The notes beneath the pieces were generated by a model, which saw only the letters and a list, made by a program, of their open reading frames with translations, did not search any database and had not been told where the DNA came from. From assembly GCA_963833985.1 (NCBI GenBank), contig CAWIAD010000002.1, positions 6,048,001 to 6,112,000 on the forward strand: a stretch of 64,000 nucleotides of DNA. The letters are read 5' to 3'. Position numbers and translations under genes: made by a program. This DNA is from an uncultured Planctomycetaceae bacterium. GTDB lineage: Bacteria; Planctomycetota; Planctomycetia; Isosphaerales; Isosphaeraceae. Shown one piece after another: positions 59,513-64,000 of this stretch (its first letter is position 1; every line of letters begins with the position of its first letter).

Positions 59513-59658
59513 CTCGTTCCAAGCTCCGCCTGGGAATGCCGTCTGCGACGCTCCGCGTCGATTGGGCGCGTGCCGAGGCTGGGAAATCCATGGGACTTAG
59601 AGCGTCCCGACCGGTGTTCCCACCCAGAGCGTGGTAACAAGTCGAGCGTGGGAACAAG
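59513..59658. repeat. REP/REPIN-like palindromic element
   Basis: Arms CTCGTTCCAAGCTCCGCCTGGGAATG and GTTCCCACCCAGAGCGTGGTAACAAG, inner GACGCTCCGCGTC / GACTTAGAGCGTC, and an extra GAGCGTGGGAACAAG half-site. Confidence 0.6.
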
Positions 59659-59708
59659 TCTGTCGCAAGCCTCTGGCCCCTTTTTGTTTACGCTATTTCA
59701 ACCGAACT

Positions 59709-59807
59709 GGATCAAGGCCGCTCAAGGTGATCAAGATGATCAAGGCGCTCAAGGCGCTCAAGATGATCAAGATCGACCAAGGCGCTCAAGGTGATCAAGA
59801 TGATCAG
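59709..59807 (-). repeat. Compound 9-bp minisatellite, right array (inverted relative to the left)
   Basis: GGCGCTCAA, GATGATCAA and GATCGACCAA units are reverse complements of the left-array units. Confidence 0.92.
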
Positions 59808-60181
59808 CGCGCATCGGATGATCCGCAGGTCGGCCGGTCGCACGGTTGGTGGGCGAGTTGTCTGGGGCGTCGGGAATGCAGGTTCCCGTTCTGGTCGTCA
59901 GCAACCCGAGAGAGGAAACGGAGGGAGCAGGCTGGACCGGCGGCCAAGGAATGAGCCGCGGCAGCGAAGAGACTGGTGTGGGAACGCTCCGGGAGCGGCT
60001 GCGATCCGTGGAATGCCGCCGCCGCCGGCCGGTTCGCATGGCTCCGCGGCACCGGTCCCCGGACGGACGGTGACCCTCTTCCCTCTGCGATGAAACGTTC
60101 GCTACACTTGACCGCGGTTTGATTTGCGATCAGCGGTCCTGGACGAACGCGACTTGATTTCCTGCTCGGAGACGCCCTGTC

Positions 60182-61093
60182 ATGTCGATGGATGCGAAGC
60201 CGCCCTTGACCACCCCTTCGACGGCTCCCACGGTCAGGCACCGGGAGAAGGGGATCCGGATCTTCATGTGGCCCAAGATGATCTACATCTTCCCGTCGGC
60301 CATCGTCGCCCTCATCTGCGCGATCGGGATGTGGTCGCTCAGGGAGAAGACGTACGATCCCAGCAAGCCGGGCACCACGGTGACGACGAGCAAGCCGGGC
60401 ACCACGGTGACGACGAGCAAGCCGGGCGAATCGGCGGAGGCCGATGTCAGCACCAGCAGCACCGCAACCACGACGTCCCCGGCCCCGGCCCGGATGTCCC
60501 AGCGCGATCGGTTCACCACCCCGCAGAACCTCCTGGGCGTCCTCTTCCTGGCCATCCTGGGCTTCAACTTGCTGGTGATGGCTCTTGATTTTCCCAGGTT
60601 CGAGCTCGTCGGCGTGATCTTGCTGACCCTCTTCGCCATCTTCTTCGTCCTCTGGCTCGGGGCGTTCTTCCAGCTCGACCTCATGAAACCGATCAATGCG
60701 CTCTTCGAATCGATCTACGTGTTCGCGAACGCGGGCTTCTACTTCTTCTACTTCATCATGGTAACCATCCTGCTGGTGCTGGTTTACTGCACGCGCTGGC
60801 TTGATTACTGGGAAGTGCTGCCCAACGAGATCCTCCATCACCACGGTCCCCTGAGCGACCTGGAACGGTTCCCGACCATGAACCTGAAGTTCGATAAGGA
60901 AATTCCGGATGTCCTGGAGCATATGCTGCTCGGCTCCGGCAGGCTGGTGCTGCACGTTCCCAACGTCGAAAAGTCGCTGGTGCTGGACAACGTGCTGTTC
61001 ATCAACTCGAAGGAAGAAGCGCTCAAGCGGCTGATGAGCCGGCTCGAAGTCCGCATCACCACGGACCAGGAGATCGGCGAGCGGGACACCTGA
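60182..61093 (+). CDS. Hypothetical multi-pass membrane protein with an internal 27-bp tandem repeat
   Basis: Four hydrophobic segments; SKPGTTVTT x2.4 at 60362-60427. Confidence 0.8.
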   Translation: MSMDAKPPLTTPSTAPTVRHREKGIRIFMWPKMIYIFPSAIVALICAIGMWSLREKTYDPSKPGTTVTTSKPGTTVTTSKPGESAEADVSTSSTATTTSPAPARMSQRDRFTTPQNLLGVLFLAILGFNLLVMALDFPRFELVGVILLTLFAIFFVLWLGAFFQLDLMKPINALFESIYVFANAGFYFFYFIMVTILLVLVYCTRWLDYWEVLPNEILHHHGPLSDLERFPTMNLKFDKEIPDVLEHMLLGSGRLVLHVPNVEKSLVLDNVLFINSKEEALKRLMSRLEVRITTDQEIGERDT

Positions 61094-61116
61094 GCGGAAG
61101 GAGCGCCCGTAGCGTG

Positions 61117-61987
61117 CTAGCGCCGGGCGTTCTGCTCACCGGGTTCCCGGCTCTGGGCGTGGGTGGGGAGATGCGGCCTGAGCAATGGTTCAACGTTCGG
61201 CGGGGGCCCGGCGCCAGGGGCCCGGGTCCCCTGCCAATCCTTTTGCAGCTCGTCGCGAATGGGGCCAATCAGCGTCTCCTCGATGTCGCGGAGACGGCGG
61301 GCGATGTAAGCGCCGTCGAGTACCCGGTGATCGTAGATCAGCTTCACGACCACGCCGCCCGGTGGCCGGATCAATCGGGCCGTAGGTGAGCGTTGTGGAC
61401 AGTGGCGAGATCGGATGCAGGTTCTCGGCTCCCAGGTTGCCGTAACTGCTTAACCCGAACGTGCCGAACCGCTTGCACCGCTTGTACCCCGATAGGTTCA
61501 GCGTGACCCACCAGAACATCCGCCGCACCGGCGTTGGCACGCGGCTGAACCTCAGGGCCTGGCGATAGAAGCCGATCTTCTCCAGGGTCTCATTCTTGTA
61601 CCACAGGAGAGCTTCCTGGATCTGGGTCAGGCTCTGGTACTCGGGGGCTCGAAAGATGCCCACGAACACCCCGTCCTCGCCCTGGTATTCGCGCTCGATA
61701 GCCAGCGCGCAGTTCATCCATGGATGCTCGTAAAGCCGGGGCCAGGGGAACTCCAGGAAGGAGCGTCTCAGGGGGGTGTACTGCGCACCGACCAGGGCGT
61801 ATGCCTTCATGAACAGGCAGGCCCAGGAGGGGCGAAGCGGGTGTTGAGCCCGAGCCTCGAAGACCGGCTTGAGGTTCATCACCCGGCTCACCGGCGCCGA
61901 GGGAACCTTGTGCGCGAAGTGAACCAGGTCGCCGATGAATCGTCGCGGGCCGCTGAGGGGAAAGTAACTTCCCTTGGGTTCGTGCAT
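61117..61987 (-). CDS. 2-oxoacid dehydrogenase E2-like/CAT-fold acyltransferase, catalytic domain only; frameshift near 61365
   Basis: FGTFGLSSYG, TTLTYGPID, then in ORF 61117..61374 KLIYDHRVLDG. Confidence 0.75.
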
Positions 61988-62328
61988 CCATGCACCTTTC
62001 GCAGAAGCGAGTCATGATCCTCGGGGATCTCGACCGGAAGTCCTGGCCCGTCAACATTCCGCGGAGTCCGGGCGGGCGGCGGGGGTGTCGGCGTGGGACC
62101 AGGAGGTCGGGAGCGTACAGGAAAACCAGGCGTGGGGGAAGGTGAAGCTGTGCGGAAGACGCCGTCGCGGCACGGGGGCCGGCGCGCCACCTGGGTCTCC
62201 CCAGAGTGGCCCGGCTATGCCATAATCCTCTGGTTGTGAGAGGAGAAGGTCACAAGAAAGCCCGCGTGGTGGAGCTGGCCGGGTTCTGTCTGGCCCGGTC
62301 GCAGCCGCTCATCGGAGTGCAGAGAGCC

Positions 62329-63105
62329 ATGGTCTCCGTGCATCTGCTCCCTGGACAGATTCCTCCAGGCGGACTGCGCGGGGGGGTCGCGGTGGTGATC
62401 GACGTGCTCCGCGCCTCGACCATGATGGTTCATGCACTCGTGGCCGGCTGTACGGAGGTCCGTCCCTGCGCCGAGATTGACGAGGCCCGCGGTCTTGCGG
62501 CATTATTGCCGGCGGGTCAAGCGCTGCTGGCCGGCGAGCGGCACGGCGTTGCGATTGAAGGTTTTGATCTGGGCAACTCGCCGGGCCAGTGCACGCCGGA
62601 GGTTTGCCAGGGCAAAACCCTGATCATCACCACGACCAATGGCACCAGGGCGTTGCTGGCCGCGGTGGATGCCGAGCTTGTGCTCGTGGGCTCATTCGTG
62701 AACTTCGCGGCCACGACGCAGCGGTTGCTGCACCAGTCCCGGCCCATTCATCTGGTCTGCGCGGGCACGGAGGGGCGGATCAGCTATGAAGACACGCTGC
62801 TGGCAGGCGCGTTCGCCAGGCACTTCAAGGACCTGGATCATGTCATGGCCAACGACGAGGCTGAGATCGCTGGCGGTCTCTGGGCCAGGGTCGAGGATAT
62901 GATCTGGTTGCGCAGCGAGAAGAACCAGCCGGAAGAAGCCTCGGACCGGCTGGTTCATTACCTGACCCGGGGACAGGGAGGTCAGCGCGTGGTAGAGTTA
63001 GGGCTCAGCGCCGACATCTCCGATGCCAGCCGCCTCAACCGGCCCGGCTACCAGATCGTCGCAGAGCTGCGTCGCGATCCGTTGCGCATCGTGGCCGGTC
63101 GCTAG
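62329..63105 (+). CDS. comB: 2-phosphosulfolactate phosphatase family protein
   Basis: VVIDVLRAST, GERHG, FDLGNSP, TTTNGTRA, EDTLLAG. Confidence 0.9.
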   Translation: MVSVHLLPGQIPPGGLRGGVAVVIDVLRASTMMVHALVAGCTEVRPCAEIDEARGLAALLPAGQALLAGERHGVAIEGFDLGNSPGQCTPEVCQGKTLIITTTNGTRALLAAVDAELVLVGSFVNFAATTQRLLHQSRPIHLVCAGTEGRISYEDTLLAGAFARHFKDLDHVMANDEAEIAGGLWARVEDMIWLRSEKNQPEEASDRLVHYLTRGQGGQRVVELGLSADISDASRLNRPGYQIVAELRRDPLRIVAGR

Positions 63106-63215
63106 TGGGGTTCGCACCGGTTGAAAGATGTGAGCAGAAGCCGATCACCAGCCGCCGAGTCGCGCGACCGGCGGCGTCATTGTGAAGCCGGCGGTAAGGG
63201 AAGGCAGGATGGATG

Positions 63216-64000
63216 ATGGACCTGGAGATGGACAAGCTGGTCTCGCTCTGCAAGCGCCGGGGGTTCATTTTCCCGTCGAGCGAGATCTACGGCGGCATCA
63301 ACGGCTTCTGGGATTATGGTCCACTGGGCGTGGAGCTGAAGAGGAACATCAAGGAAGCCTGGTGGCGCGACAATGTCCAGATGCGCGACGACATGGTCGG
63401 GCTGGATTGCTCGATCATCATGAACCCGAAGGTCTGGGAGGCCTCGGGCCATGTCGGCGGGTTCAGCGACCCGATGGTCGACTGCAAGGATACCAAGGAG
63501 CGCTACCGGGCCGACCAGATTTACGTCTTCGCCTATATCTTCCCGGCCGTGAACCACAAGGGAGAGCCGACCGAGGCCTGGCTGGCGGGCCTGGGAGGCT
63601 CGCCGGAAGAGGCGTCCGAGCTTCCCGCGAAGAAGGCCGCCAAGCTCGCCAGGAAGTTTGGTCATCCCACGGCGCCGGCCGCGGTCATCCCCTACCTGAA
63701 CCTTGCCGTGAGCGACCGGGAGAAGGTGATCGGGCCGTCCACCGACGAGCGGGGCACGCTCACGGAACCGCGCTCGTTCAACCTCATGTTCAAGACGTTT
63801 GTCGGTGCGTTGGAGCAAGAGTCGAACGTGGCCTACCTGCGGCCGGAGACCGCCCAGGGGATCTTCGCCAACTTCAAGAACGTCGTCGATACGGGCCGGG
63901 TGAAGCTTCCCTTCGGCATTGCCCAGGTTGGCAAGAGCTTTCGCAACGAGATCAACCCGCGCAACTTCACCTTCCGCTCGCGCGAGTTCGAGCAGATGGA
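63216..64000 (+). CDS. glyQS: Glycine--tRNA ligase, alpha2 type (5' part; runs off the window end)
   Basis: Not in the ORF track. Manual translation gives [38 protein letters not shown]...FNLMFKT...[11 protein letters not shown]...[23 protein letters not shown]. Confidence 0.95.
   Translation, partial: MDLEMDKLVSLCKRRGFIFPSSEIYGGINGFWDYGPLGVELKRNIKEAWWRDNVQMRDDMVGLDCSIIMNPKVWEASGHVGGFSDPMVDCKDTKERYRADQIYVFAYIFPAVNHKGEPTEAWLAGLGGSPEEASELPAKKAAKLARKFGHPTAPAAVIPYLNLAVSDREKVIGPSTDERGTLTEPRSFNLMFKTFVGALEQESNVAYLRPETAQGIFANFKNVVDTGRVKLPFGIAQVGKSFRNEINPRNFTFRSREFEQM

Noticed and set aside
59221..59807. CRISPR array
   Set aside because: Units are contiguous 9-10-mers with no unique spacers, and there are no cas genes in the window.

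Overview
GC-rich bacterial chromosomal window whose gene content points to a planctomycete, probably Isosphaeraceae-like (inference from the DUF1559 prepilin protein, ECF sigma with a long C-terminal extension, and ECF + Ser/Thr kinase-WD40 pair). About a dozen GC-rich genes are split by small indels, which most likely are long-read assembly errors. The core-like flanks encode an esterase, sulfotransferase, GH38, GT1, a MarR-controlled Fe-S/SCP2 protein, an ars cluster (arsR-acr3-arsC-like-arsM), three hybrid histidine kinases (one with ~15 HAMP-type repeats), an M23 peptidase, comB and glyQS. A visibly lower-GC island (~15.4/16.7-28.7 kb) abuts the 3' end of tRNA-Ser(GGA). It carries a vapBC pair with a nonsense codon in the toxin, an HTH gene followed by a PIN-like/DUF2934 gene, and relics of a mobile-element helicase/methylase. 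It also carries the best candidate for an undescribed system: an intact, translationally coupled five-gene operon of membrane-anchored proteins built around a TRAFAC-type GTPase, whose last three proteins share paralogous modules in mosaic fashion. A second oddity is an inverted pair of compound 9-bp minisatellites enclosing a REP-like palindrome at 59.2-59.8 kb. All family assignments are from motif recognition by eye; no searches were run.
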